Below the pieces are notes generated by a model, which was not told the origin of the DNA, made no database searches, and was given only the letters and a program-made list of their open reading frames with translations. Below are positions 1-14,997 of a DNA stretch of 64,000 nt, one piece after another. The stretch covers positions 1 through 64,000 of the forward strand of contig NW_026250426.1 of NCBI RefSeq assembly GCF_024521635.1, in the 5' to 3' direction. Each line of letters starts with the position of its first letter. Within the stretch, counting starts at the first letter, position 1. A program made the translations under genes and the position numbers. Origin of the DNA: Tricharina praecox (taxonomy: Eukaryota).

Positions 1-2855
1 CAATGCGAGGATTTAGTAAACATTTGAATAAGCTTACAAATATACCTAGCCAGTCGAAGCCCTTCGGCGTGGCCGGAAGCACTTCACGACCGCTTCTTCA
101 CCTTCTTCTTCACGCTTGCTTGCTTGCTTTTCCTCTGGTCGATAGGACGTATCCTATACTCCCTTTGGCGGCTTATCGTTCCGTCAAATGACCTACGCTT
201 CTCTGAGATTTCCTCTATGATATCTCACACCCGCGCCAGGTGATGGAGCTCTCAGCTCTCCCATTGTTCGCGCATCGCATGCGAGCAGGAGCATAACAGC
301 TGCGTTTCCCCCTGCTGCCCACGCAACCGCTATTCCGGGAGCTTGGAAACCCAACGCTTTCATTTTCTTCGAGGGAGGTAGGTGCTCTATCGTAGGTATC
401 CGAGTTGCGGCGAGAGCGCGCTTAGGTATTCGCCCACGGCCATCGTGCACCAGTACGTACCACGTAGATTGCGGTCGAACTAGCTGGGGGAGGGGTTGTG
501 CAGAAGTTTGGGGAGAGTGGGAGTTCAGCAACCGATCCATTGGGGGGAATTGGTGAAGCCTACGGTAGATTTGGCCCACCATTGTTCCCGAAGTGAGCTC
601 GGCAGGGGGAGCTGGCAATCCAACCGTAGACATGCATCTCTAGATCATGGCGATTGCATGTACATATCCAGTACATCACACGGTTTTGCAAAGTCGAATC
701 ACGGTACGTATGTGGAGCTCATAGTGGCCACTCCCGAGATAGGACGCAATACCGATTGGATGACATGGCGATTCCACTTGTCCGTTCTTCCTCGTCAATG
801 AAGTCCGATTCGAGAAGTATCTTCACCGGACTTACAATGGTCCCCCTCGAAAGTGATCGCCGGCAGCGGCGGCGGATGTCGAGTGATGTGCTGTGGCGGC
901 GCCTGTCCATTCATCCACGACGTTGAAACTTGTCCTACCCTGATCTAGGTACTCACGGAGGTGTTTCTCGCTTCTTAATACTGCGATCTATAGAGTATGA
1001 TACAAAGCACTTTCACGAAGGTTTTTTTTTTGGTTCACCGAGTCCCGATAAGTGCATGCGACCATCCACATCATGGCAGCGCATGCACATACATATGTAC
1101 GAATACCCATGCTCCCGACACATCTGGACCACATTTTCAGCCTACGCAAGACCATGATGACGCACTTTCACGGAGGCACATGATGGTTCGGGTATTCTGG
1201 AGTCCATACCCGAGTGCTATTTCATGATTCACTATAGCTACTGGAGCACGGAGAGGCCAATCCTTCCGCTCGGTCTCATCTGGGGCTCTCACTGCTACAT
1301 ACTATGGGGGATATCCGAGGAGCCCAGAGAATCTACGCCAAAAAGCCCTCGCTGGCGAGCTCACTCCCAGCCAGTGGGTTGGTTGAACATAGAACAAAGG
1401 ATCCTCCCCAAATACTCCATGGCACTTTCAACTACCGTACTACCTCCAAGACTACTAAGGAGCCGGAGCAAGCTATGCATTCCGATGGGTTGGCAGTCCT
1501 ATATAACCGGTGCAGCGGACGGCCGATGAAGCGGGAAGGTTCGAGCTCGTTCGTGCCCACAATGACAAAAAGGCCAAGTAGAGTTACAACGGCACCCCTC
1601 TCCACCATCCACCCTCCAACCTCCACCCTCCACCCTTCATCCTTCATCCTTCACCCTCACCCCCACCCTCACCCTCACCCTCACCACCCTCGACCTAGCT
1701 ATAGTACGGCCCAACATCACTCCAAAACTGGAAGCGAAAAGCATCGCGGAGAATCGAGCGCTAGAAATATCCGACAAAGGTGCGGTTGCGGTTGACCTCG
1801 ACGTGGGTCTCTTCGACGTGGTTCAAGGGCACCTGGTATCCTATTGTAGTCTCGCCTTGTGATTGCGTTCTCCAGCTGCGCGGATGAACGTGCGGATCAA
1901 GGATACCGTAACGGAGCATTCTATGTCGGTGGGGTCAACGCATAGAAAGGTGCTTCGCTGGCGAATCTCGGGCATCGCGGAAGTGTGGCTGTTGGAATTG
2001 TGTTCGGAGGATCAAAGGTCTTCATGTTGAGGATTTTGTTCGGCGGATCAAAGGTCTTCATGGTGAGGGTTTGAGGTGGAGTGAGGTCAGAGGTGCAGGG
2101 GTCACGCAGCGAAGACGGAGCGAGCAGGTGGAGGGGCAGGAGAAAAAGTTAAACTCTATTGCGTGGCCACGTGACAGCCAAGATCAGCTTCCGTGGGGAA
2201 AGTTCACGAGCCGAAAGCAAGCTGAGCTGTGGTTACAGCCTCTTCTATTTCGCTGCAGGTTCCAGGACCTGGGGAACTTACTCAGCTCGTATTGTTTGCC
2301 GCTCTAATGGCTGCTAATTCCTCTTGGTTACCGCTTTTGGCATGGCTATTGCCGTTGTCGCCCGCCAGTCGCGCTCACCCCGCCCCGCTTATCTCGCTCA
2401 TTGCCCCTTGTGAGGTGTGTTGTGTTGTGTTTCTTCGGTCGGCCGGTCGCTGTCGGTCTACTCTACTTCAGAGTTGTTGCTTTCACCTTTCCAACTCCTA
2501 CCTCCAATTTGCTTCCTATCCAACCCCTCCTTACCTTACCTTACCCCCCCACACAACAACCACTACCAACACAAACAACTACCACCACCCCCCCCTCCCC
2601 CAACCCAACCCAGCCTCATCATCATCATCAAAAAAAAACTCCAGTCGCGGAACTTGACTCGTCGAACCTCACCCACGAGATCGAATAACGTCCTCGTTAC
2701 ATACCCCCCTCCATCCCCCCGCATCTGCCTCCCCACAAGCCCCGTCTCACTTAGGACAACCCAACGCAAAACTACCACTACAAGCACACCCAACCGATCT
2801 CCTTCTCCTACCACCACTACCACCAGCAGCAACCCCCCACAACCAAGAAAGAGGC

Positions 2856-4486
<1,631 letters not shown>

Positions 4487-5232
4487 ATCATGGATTAGAA
4501 ATAGTACAAAGAATGCGGGAGCAGAATACACATCCTACCACCACCAAAAGCGTCATCATAGATGGGGGGAGGAGGGGGAGGAGGAGGATGCTGGGGTTTG
4601 TGTGCGTACTGTCAAAAAGCATGTGTCACGGCGACTTCTGAATCCCTAATAACTTTGTTCGACCCCTCGTGTTCCTTTGCCTGCCATTACATCCCACGTT
4701 GCTGAGCTGAGATCCGTCCGTTCGATTGATGCTTGTATATATCTCTTTAGTGCTTTGTAGTTTTCTCTGTTGCTGTCTATGGTACCCTCGTGTGCTTTCC
4801 TTTGTGTTCGCAGCTTGTTCTTTTTACACCTTGCTTTTCGGTTGTTTTGTCGGGAGGTTGTGGTGCAGTACGGGGATAGAATTCTCCATTTTCTTTCCTT
4901 CTAATCGAGATTATTCCGTCGCATATCTACATTGACCTTGCGCTATCCCGTTTGTCCTCGTTTGTGAAAGCATGAAAGAGAGGTATTGTAAGTAAGTAAA
5001 CTGCAATAACGACGACCTCCACCTCGCAACAGAATACAACGCTTGATTGTAAATCCCCATATGGTAGATAGAATTTGAAGATGAGGAAAAAATGGGCTTG
5101 TTGACACCGACACTTCTAAACCCCTCTCACCCCGTTTGATACAAATGGCATTTTTACTGCTTCCCTCTGCTCCCTCTCTACAGTCTAGAAACCAATCGAA
5201 GGCCGACGGAAACCGATCCAAGAAGCCGAGGT

Positions 5233-6229
5233 TTAACCGATGATGAGCTTTCCATCCTCGGGGAAGCTATATATCCGTGTAAGCACACACATATGCGGGG
5301 GGGAGGGCTATGGAGTAGCGGGTGCATGGGGGTGACATACTCATACTCGGGAATCTCCAGATTCAGCGGCGCGGGGCCCCGTCGGATACGTCCAGAGATA
5401 TCGTAGTGCGATCCGTGGCAAGGACAGAACCAACCACCGAAATCACCGGCCTCGCCGATGGGCACACAACCTAAGTGGGTGCAGATTCCGAGCATGATCA
5501 GCCACTCGGGGTTCTTGACGCGGTCGGCGTCGGCCTGCGGGTCGCGGAGCGACTCGATCTTCACTTTGTTCGCCTCCTCGATCTCGTCGGGTGTGCGGTG
5601 GCGGATGAAGACTGGCTTGCCGCGCCATTTGATGATAACCTGTAAAGTGTGAGTGCGTGTGTGGGAAATGGAGGGGCGGTGGGACCGACGTTCTTGCCCT
5701 CTGGGATGCTGCTGAGGTCGACTTCTACCTTGGCCATGGCAAGGACATCGGCTGAGGCGGACATGTTGACGAGGAAGTCTGTGGTGGTGAGTCAGCCATC
5801 CATCAATCCCTTGTGGAATTGATCGCATCCGATCTCGTATTGCTAGGTGGAGGAGTGAAATTGTGGGATTGTAGAGTTGGACATAATTGCATCATGCATC
5901 CGTTCTCACCCCCTCCACCCCTCACCCCCTCCACCCCGGCAGCAAGTCAACCTACCCTGAACAGTAGCCTTCGCTCCGGCCGCCGACAGAGCACCCATAG
6001 TTCCGACCATGAAGTACCCAAACACCTGATTGCCACGGGTTCCAGTCGAGGACCGGTACTTCGAGAAGTCCGGGATTTTTGTGGTCTGGTGAGCGGAAGC
6101 ACCCGCGAACGGGCTCTTGTAGGTATCCGCAGTATCCGAGGAAGAGTTGCGGGCCTGCATGGCGGCCGCGGCGGTGGGGCGCAGAGTGCGGAGGGCGCGC
6201 GTGGCGGTGGTGCGGACGGCGGAGCTCAT
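5233..6229 (-). CDS. RIP1: Cytochrome bc1 Rieske iron-sulfur subunit, spliced
   Basis: Arg/Ala-rich presequence [14 protein letters not shown], linker [11 protein letters not shown], and [2Fe-2S] boxes CTHLGCVP and CPCHGSHYD; ends [10 protein letters not shown]. Confidence 0.97.
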
Positions 6230-6539
6230 TGTTGTGGTGTGGTTCGTGAACGTGAGGGGAGATGGTGGATGGGTGCAGAGGGTGGGTTGCGGCGGTTTCG
6301 GAGAGAATTGGGTGATGTCGGAGAGACTTTGAGGCGCTTTCTTTTTTTTGACTAATGCCGATAACCGGACGCTGATTGGTGACCCAAGACCGCAACCACA
6401 ACAACCGTGGCCAGAACTCGAGACCGTATAGTACCACCGCAACGGAGGCATAGGGAGAAATAAACAACCACCACCGAACGAACGAACAGAACTCCCGATT
6501 GATACCTTCACTCACCAGCGAATTATTCACTCAGCAGTC

Positions 6540-7330
6540 ATGGCCGATAAACCAAAGGTTAACTTGTATGCGATCTCCGGTAAGTTGCGCGTGCTGTGTC
6601 TCCACACACCCTACACACCTTCCATGCGCCCGATGAATTTCCGCTAACCGTTCGTTGACTCGACGCCAAACAGAGCTCAAGAACACTACCGACGATGCCA
6701 TTCCACCTGTGCGTCTCTATCCTATCCCGTCCTCACCAAAGCTGTGCCGAGGAAAGAAGAAGAAGAAGCTTAGCTAACATCTTCCCCAACAGTACATGAA
6801 GTCTCTCGGCTTCAAGCAATCCAACATCTACACGGACGTGCGTCTAGCGATCGGCTTCACCGCATGCGCGATAGCCGGCGCAACCTTCTACTTCGACTAC
6901 ACCGTCGCGAACTTCGAGAAGACCAAGGAATACACACTGTACGCCGTCGTCGCGTACTTCGTTCTCAACACCATCTTGACGTGGTGGATATGGGGAGTTG
7001 AGGGCAGCAAGGTGTTTGTCGGCGAGCGCAACGGGGTCAAGGTGCGCCTCTGCGTATGAACGAGTGCATGCAGAGGTATGATGACTGACTTGTGTGTGTT
7101 GGGCCGCATTGTAGATCGTCCTCGAGAGCTCCTCCGAGAAGTACACGCCCGTCTACGAGCTTAAGGTCACTAAGACCGAGAAGGGAAAGACAACCACTAC
7201 GACAGCAAAGAACCCATTCTCGGGCTGGTATGATCAGCAGGGATACTTTGTCGAGAAGCCGTTCATGGCGTTCCTGCAGAACACGATTCCGGGACTTTCG
7301 AGTGTGGACGAGGTTACCAAGGCGAACTAG
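6540..7330 (+). CDS. SPC2: Signal peptidase complex subunit 2 (SPC25 family), spliced
   Basis: MADKPKVNLY...ELKNTTDDAIP...YTDVRLAIGF, two hydrophobic segments, KYTPVY and PFSGWYDQQGYFVEKPF, as in fungal Spc2. Confidence 0.85.
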
Positions 7331-7475
7331 AGCAAGAAATAGTGGGCGGATGGGCACTGGCGGTTCTGTTTCCACATGCAAGACTTGTACGATTGCTTAG
7401 CTTAAGGATATCTAAGGCGTTCTGGTGGTTCGAGTACGGGATGGTCGTGCTATTGTGCACGAAACAATCCTGCAA

Positions 7476-8219
7476 TCATCCCATAACCACATCCTCATCG
7501 TCCGAAATCTCCACTCCAGTCTCTTCCGCCTTCCCCTTCCCCTTCTGTGAAGACGCTCCCTCATCCAACTCCGGCTCCGGCGTAGCCTCCACCCGATCTA
7601 CCGCTGCTTGCTTCGGCTTCATTAGCGTGCTCAGCGTCGTCTGTCCCGTCTCAGCCACAGCCGTCTTCTTTTTCGACTTCGCCGCCTTCGTCTCCCTCGT
7701 CTGCTTAACCGCCACTGTCTGGGGCACGACGTCCGACAGAAACTCTAGATTATCTATCCGAGCCACGGCGTTTGCTGCATTCCCCACGGACATACTGTAA
7801 GCCATAGTAGACGGCGTGGAAACGCACCTACGCACCGAGGTCTTTGTATTGCACCGTCTTGCGCTGTTTCCGCTCCGCGGCGAGAGTTTTGACGCCTTGC
7901 TCAGCGAGGTATTGTATAAACATCTCCTGTAGACATCGAGTGAATCAGCCAGTGCGAAACTGGTTGGGGCGGTGTGGACTCACTGTCGCTATGGAGATGA
8001 GGTGGGTCGCCTGCTTGTTGCATTGGTATACGTCTTCGTCGGTCTTGATAATTTTCATCACTCGAGCTCCTACATGCATGGAATGGTCAGTACGCAAAGA
8101 GTGGGGCGGCGGATTGAAGACTGAGGAGAGTAAGGGATGGAGGTACGAGGCAGCATGGAGTGGCCCGTGGCGCTGTCGGGGTCCAGGTAGTTTGCGGACA
8201 CAGCGGGTTTGGGAGGCAT
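7476..8219 (-). CDS. H2A-like histone-fold protein (Dpb3/Dls1/CHRAC-type), spliced
   Basis: Spliced LP-LARVMKIIKTDEDV...ATHLISIAT-EMFIQYLAEQG...RKTVQYKDLANAVARIDNLEFLSDVVP matches the CBFD/NF-YC-like histone fold. Confidence 0.85.
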
Positions 8220-8517
8220 TGTAGAAGTTGGTGGGAGTGACTCTCAAGGGAATAGTAACTGAAGAAGTTGCAGTTGCATGTATCTCGAAGTCTCGACGCG
8301 TAGTGAAACTGGGAGACGTGGTGGTGCTAAAGTAGGTATGACACGCACGCTCTCACCGAGCTATCTAACCCTATCATCCCCGTCCAGTCCGGAGGGAGCG
8401 TCGACCATCATCCACCACCCTATATACAACGCCATCCGTCGGGGCTGTCTCAAGCTAAAACGAAACACATTCCGATCCCCCCCACCTACCACCCCGCCAA
8501 ACGCGGACTCGGATGTC

Positions 8518-11512
8518 ATGACCACACCTCACTTGCGCACCCACCTGCGCCGACCCTCCATCTCGTCGCGCCTCTCGTTCGCGATCTCTACGCACTCAGC
8601 TGAGGCCGGCGCTGCCCGCGAAGACGTTGCCGGCACCCACGAACATGTTGAGGAGATTGAGGAGATTCGGAGATATGAGGTGTGTCTCTGTCGAGTGAAG
8701 TGAAGGAGGGCGCGGTGCTGATGGGAACAGGATTTTACCACTATAGGTTCGACGCTCTCGTCCCCACGGCAGCTGACCGATAGCTGACGGTAGCTTCACA
8801 GACTGGGTTCAGGATGCTGCGCGCGCCCAGCTACAACGGAGGATCTCGAGAAAGAATAGAGATGGGTTCTTCCGTCGGGGCGGAGGTGCAACGGGCTGGC
8901 GGAGGAAGCTGTACGAATCCTATGATGCTGGACAGGCGTGGATTGTGATTACGATAATAGGTTGGCGCTGCTGCTACTGTGGAGGAGAGGTCATAAGGCT
9001 GAGATTTTATACAGGTGCCGCCATCGGTCTTAACGCTTCGTTTCTGAACATCGTCACCGAGTGGCTGGCGGACATTAAACACGGTCACTGCACCACGGCA
9101 TTTTACTTGAACGAAAACTTTTGCTGCTGGGGGGCCGAAGGCAGTAGGTAGCCGCCTGTCAGTTTTAGGCCGAGAGCTTCCGGGGAGAGCTAACGAGCAT
9201 TGTATGCAGCATGCGCCGAGTGGAAGCCTTGGAGTAGGATCTGGCCCATAAGTTACATTCTCTACATATTGTTTTCTGTACGTCTTGTGTTCGTCCAACC
9301 GTCGGTCTCTCTCCGCTCTACCGGGCGCGAAATTGAATGAGTGGGACCACATAGATACTCTTCGCCTTCACCTCCGCAATCTTAGTTAAGTCCTTCGCAC
9401 CATACGCTGCCGGCTCCGGAATCTCAGAGATCAAATGCATTATTGCCGGCTTCGTGATGAAGGGCTTCCTCGGATGGTGGACACTGTTTATCAAATCGAT
9501 CGGGCTGCCACTGGCTATTGCGTCTGGACTGAGCGTCGGAAAGGAAGGGCCCAGTGTCCATTATGCCGTCTGCGCAGGAAACGTCATCAGCAGGTGCTTT
9601 GATAAGTACAAGAGGAATGCCTCGAAGATGCGAGAGATCATGTCGGCATGTGCGGCGGCGGGTGTGGGTGTGGCTTTTGGATCGCCTATCGGTGGCGTTT
9701 TGTTCTCCCTCGAGGTTAGACCTCTGTCCTAAGTATACTGGACGGCCATACTGACGATTCCCGAAGGAAATGTCCACCAATTTCCCGTTGAAGACTATGT
9801 GGCGCAGTTACTTCTGTGCGCTGGTTGCTACAGCCGTGTTGGCGGTATGTACCCCACTTACTTCCTGGGGCTACGATGTCTGACCGCAGTACGTAGGCCA
9901 TGAATCCATTCCGTACAGGACAACTCGTCATGTTCCAAGTCCACTACGACCGAGATTGGCACTTCTTCGAAGTGGTTTTCTTCATCATACTCGGTATCTT
10001 TGGTGGCTTGTATGGTGAATTCGTGATCAAGTGGAATCTCCGTGCACAGGCTTTCCGGAAACACTATCTCACGAAATATGCTATCGCCGAGGCAACGTTC
10101 CTGGCGGGTGCTACTGCGGTGATATGCTACTTCAACATGTTCCTCAGAATCGATATGACCGAGAGCATGGAGATTCTGTTCAGAGAGTGTGAAGGTGCCC
10201 ACGATTACAATGGACTCTGCCAGTACGCTCGTCCGTCCTGGTGTTGTTGTTGCGATTGCGAACTAATGATGTGTCTACAGACCCAGCCATCGTTGGTCGA
10301 TGGTGTTTTCCCTCATCATGGCCACCGTTATCCGTATCTTTTTCGTCATAATATCGTACGGATGTAAAGTCCCAGCCGGTATCTTTGTCCCGTCCATGGC
10401 TATCGGTGCCTCGTTCGGCCGAACAGTTGGAATCCTTGTTCAAGCGCTCCACGAAGCCGCTCCGAACTCCCGCTTCTTCGCCAGCTGCCAACCCGACATT
10501 CCGTGCATCACACCAGGCACGTACGCATTTCTTGGGGCGGCTGCAGCTCTCAGTGGGATAATGCACATCACTGTGTCTGTGGTGGTCATCATGTTCGAGC
10601 TCACAGGCGCGCTGACGTATATCCTCCCCACCATGATCGTTGTTGGCGTTACCAAGGCTGTCTCGGAACGCCTGGGGAAGGGTGGCATTGCGGATAGGAT
10701 GATCTGGTTCAATGGGTTTCCATTTTTGGATCATAAGGAGGATCACTCTTTTGGTGTCCCTGTGTCCCAAGTTATGAACGATGATCTATGTGTGATACCT
10801 GCGTCAGGGATGACTTTGGGAGAACTAGGTTTGTTTGCGTTTTCTCTGGTAGGAGGGTGTTCCAGCTGACTCTCCAATAGAGCAAATACTTGCAACAACC
10901 AAATACCAAGGTTTCCCCATAGTCCAAGATCGCACCTCGAAACTGATCATGGGCTACCTCAACCGGTCAGAGCTCAATTACGGCGTTGATCGCGCAAAAC
11001 GCCAACGCTCCATCCCCTTCAACGCACGTTGTTTCTTTACCCCACCACAGCAGAATCTCACTCCCGCAACCGCGACAATCACAGTTTCCGCGTCTTCCTT
11101 CTCCGGTGGCGGCTTCTCCGTCGATTTCGCACGCTTCGTCGACCCAACTCCGTTAACAGTGCACCCACGCCTTCCCCTGGAAACCGTTATGGAGATCTTT
11201 AAGAAAGTCGGGCCTCGGGTTGTGCTGGTCGAGCATCGTGGAAAGCTCTGTGGTATCGTCACGAGAAAGGATGTGCTCCGCTTCCAGTTCAAGATGGAGA
11301 ATCGCGAGCACCCCAGGAATGAAGATGATATCGAGGAAGATCGATACAGAGAGGAGAAGCTGTGGGAGCTTATTGCGCGCTCGGCGGCGTGGGCGAAGAG
11401 GAAGCTACGGTTTTGGGAGAGGCAAAGGAGGACGCCACCAAGTCCGGAGGGGGAGATTAATGATGGTGTAGATGGCGATGGTGAGGTGGAGCTTGATGAT
11501 CGCAGAAGATGA
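8518..11512 (+). CDS. CLC-family chloride/proton transporter (Gef1-like) with C-terminal CBS domains, many introns
   Basis: Signature motifs GSGISE, GKEGP (gating Glu), GGVLFSLE-E and GIFVP; CBS-like tail [23 protein letters not shown]. The start codon is uncertain because in-frame ATGs also occur at 8278 and 8338. Confidence 0.93.
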
Positions 11513-11596
11513 TAATGGAAACGACTTGGAGGTTATGTCTATAGTTCTAGTTCGATTTCTGTGGAATGGAAGTGCTCTAGATCAAGGAAAGAACGC

Positions 11597-12570
11597 TCAA
11601 CGGTTCTCCGCAACGTCGGCGGCCGTCTTGACTCCCTCTACTACGCTCTTAACGTCTCTCATGATGTCTGCAATAGTCAGCTCGTGTCGACGATGAATTG
11701 GATGGATCCTTACCGCTGAAATCATCGAACACCTTGTACGGCACATTCTCTGCCTGACAATACTTGATGAGATCTGTCACATATCAGCCCTGCGCCCCTC
11801 CAGCTTTCTCACCGTACTCACCATGTCCCGCCTTTGCAAACAGCAAATCCGTTTCTCTTGCCGCACTAAGATCTGACACACCGTCTCCACAGTAAAAGAA
11901 GACCGGCTTCTCCACGCCCTCCGCCAACTTCCCCCTCGCCTCCTTAAAGGGTTTAATGGCCCTACTCTTATCATGTCCAAAATGCGACTCATCATGAAAC
12001 ACGATCTCCCAACCGCCCTCCCACTCCTTGACGCCGTTCGCGAGGATCTCGATCTTCTCGTCGGGGCCCAGCAGCTTCTCGAGCAGCGCACGGATCAGTG
12101 GCTCCATGCCGGACGACAAAATGATCACGGGGATATCCTGCGTTTGGCACCATTCGTAGAATACTTTGAAGCCGGGGTCTAGCTGGATGTGCGACAGGAG
12201 GATGTCGCGGCATTCGCTCATCGTCTTGTGCGGAGACACGGAGCTCAGCATCGCGTGGAAGCCGTCGCGGAAGCTGAGACGCCCTGCGAGGATCTCGGCG
12301 CCGAGCGTGCGCCGTTGAGTGTAGCCGAAGCCGATGTTGTCGACCTACGATGGGTGAGTAAGGGAGGGACTGGGGGAGGAGGAGGAGGAGCAGGGGGAAG
12401 GCGCACAAGGTAGTCATTGCTATCCGTCAATGTGATCGTTCCTATCGCAGTTCCAGTCAGCCTCTGTCTCTATCTCTCGAACCCGAACCCGTTCCTTCTT
12501 CCGGCCGGCCGTTCATACCGTCAAAATCGGTGAAGACAATCGCCTTGTGGTTCAAATCGACGGTGGCCAT
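11597..12570 (-). CDS. HAD-superfamily phosphatase (MtnX-like / yeast Pyp1 polyol-phosphate phosphatase-like), spliced
   Basis: HAD motif I VFTDFDG-TIT across an intron, motif II LSSGM, GHDK, and motif IV GDGVSDLSAA. Confidence 0.88.
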
Positions 12571-13228
12571 GGTTGCTTCTGTGAATGTATGTGGAGACTT
12601 TGGGTGAGGTGTACCCCCGCCATTTGTACTCTACTTCAGGGCCCCACCCATGATGGTTCGTACACACATGGCTCGGCATGCTTTCCCGTTTGTTCAGTGC
12701 CTAGTGATGCGGAAGTGTAGATCTTCGCTGTGCCTTCTGCCGTTATCTTCCCCTAAATGCCGAGGGAAGGGCGTGTTCGGTGCGGGTGAGATTATGGCAC
12801 TTGGCGGTGGAGTTGATTGAGGGCTTTGTGGTGGGTCTATGACGCTGCTTGACCGGGGCTTTTTAATACCGAAAGCGGCCCGTAAAAATACACGTGCTGG
12901 AATGGGTGGTACGGCGGTCCTTACGGTTCAGAAAGTGGCACAGAATGAGACGTTGCAACAGCCTCTGTATCGCAGCTTTGGCTTTCGTGTGCTGTAGAAT
13001 TTTAGCTTCAATGGAGTTGTCGGTCCTGGCCCCGGAAGTTTTGAAGCCCCATTAAAACCCGGCGGTGCTACACGTTCCATCACTCGTGTACGGATTACCG
13101 TCTCCGGCTAGCCGGAATTGACGTCGCCCGCAAGATGTCTCTCCACCAGCGACCGAGCCTCAACTCCCCATGCTCGACGAGCAATCTTCCACCCATTGAC
13201 CCAGTCAACATCGTCCTTCTCCGCCGCG

Positions 13229-14736
13229 ATGAGGCCGCTTCTACGAACACTCGTGGCGAGACCCACGTCGACTCTCCTCCCGCGCACTGGCCACCTGGCA
13301 AACTTCCGGCAGCAGCAGCAGTCAGCACCTTCAACATGTCTCCGATGTCAATCTCACACTAGCCAGCTCCAGCTCGCATGGACTCGTCAATTGCGATTCT
13401 ACTCTTCGGAGATAGATAAACCAAAAGATGCGGATAAGAAGCCCGTAGAAGGGGTGTCGGAGTCGGAAACCACACCGGAATCCAAGGTCACGCCGGAATC
13501 GAAACCCACACCGGAATCGAGTGTCCCACCTACCAACAGCCTTCGCAACCTCCCCTCGCAGCGAGAACTGCGCCGCTCCGAGGCGTCAAAACGGTTCTCG
13601 AAGGCAATGGACGACCTACAGACTGCCGTGTTCACCGCGGGACAGAAGCTCAACATCCTGACGGGGTACTCGGACATTGAGACATTGAAGAAGGCGATTG
13701 ATGCGCTTGGTATGGCTCATTGTTGACGGGAACGGGGGGAGGGGGGGGGTAGGGGGAGCATGACGGGGCTAATGAGTGGGGAGAATGATTTGTAGAGCGC
13801 CACGTTCAAGCCTCGCGCCTTGCCGTACGGAACGCGAAGGAGGAGTACCAAAACGCGATCAACCGGCGGTCCGCATCGCAGCGCGAAGTCAACGAGCTCC
13901 TACAGCGGAAGCATGCGTGGTCAACAACGGATCTGGAACGCTTCACGCAGCTGTACCGGTCCGACCACACCAACGAGCAGGCGGAGCGCGCGGCGGAGGA
14001 GCAACTGTCACAGGCGGAGAGAACGGCGGATGAGGCGCAGGATCAGCTGGCGAGGAGCATACTTGCCCGGTACCACGAGGAGCAGATTTGGTCTGATAAG
14101 ATTCGGAGAGCCAGTACGTGGGGTACGTGGGGATTAATGGGATTCAACGTCCTGCTGTTTATTGTAGTCCAATTGGGGCTGGAGCCATGGAAGAGGCGGA
14201 GGCTTGTTGGTGGCTTTGAGGAGAAGGTCAGGGAGGTGATCCAGGAGGAAAACAAGAAGTACGTGCTGTCCAGCGTACCAACGGCGCTGGCACCCGAGGA
14301 TGGGGAGGTGTTGTTGGTTGCGGAGAACACCACCGAAATATCTACACCGAACGAAACGGCGACGGAGACAATGGAGGAGGTCACATCAGACCTGGTTGAA
14401 GTCGCGGCCATCGAGGAGGCACCCATCCCCGTTACTCTAGAACCCGAGCCCGAGGTCACCGCGGTCGGAGAAGGAGAGTCCGTCGCCGAGCAGCAGGAGC
14501 AACAGGCATGGTCACGAGGCGAGTCGGCAGTAGAGCACCAAGCCTGGGCACTGGGCGAGCTGACCTGGGAGAAGGTGAAACTTATGAAAGAGAAGGCTAA
14601 GGCACTCGTGAGCGAGCATGAGGTGGTGCTCACGCAGAGGGAGCTGACGACGATTGCGGCGGAGGGTGTTGCCGTAGGAGCGCTGCTCACGGGATTGGGT
14701 GTGACCATTGTTCGCTATTTCATAGCGAGCCGGTAG
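13229..14736 (+). CDS. SHE9: She9/Mdm33 mitochondrial inner-membrane coiled-coil protein
   Basis: Presequence-like N-terminus; LTGYSDIETLKK, SQREVNELLQRKHAW, RYHEEQIWSDKIRRASTWGTWGLMGFNVLLF and EPWKRRRLV. One intron at about 13710-13795. Confidence 0.92.
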
Positions 14737-14997
14737 CGAAGTTCCGTTGGATTTCAGTTGCATTGTAGAATTCTGGCTAGAGAAGATGGTGTATCTATAC
14801 TACAGTAAAGTACGGTGGCCGTTAGATGCCACCATCATTCATACCACCGTGAGGACATCACTCGACCCCGCGGTTCCACCATCCGACTCGGCAACTTCCG
14901 AAGCACCGCCGCTTACCCGGTTGTCATTACCTGCTCTCCAGAACCCGTCTGTCCCACCTCCAAAAAATCCGCAAGCTCACCTCCCCACGCCCGCACA

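Noticed and set aside
9138..9150. Apparent GC-AG intron in the CLC gene
   Set aside because: A canonical GTAGGT donor 3 nt downstream gives the same phase.
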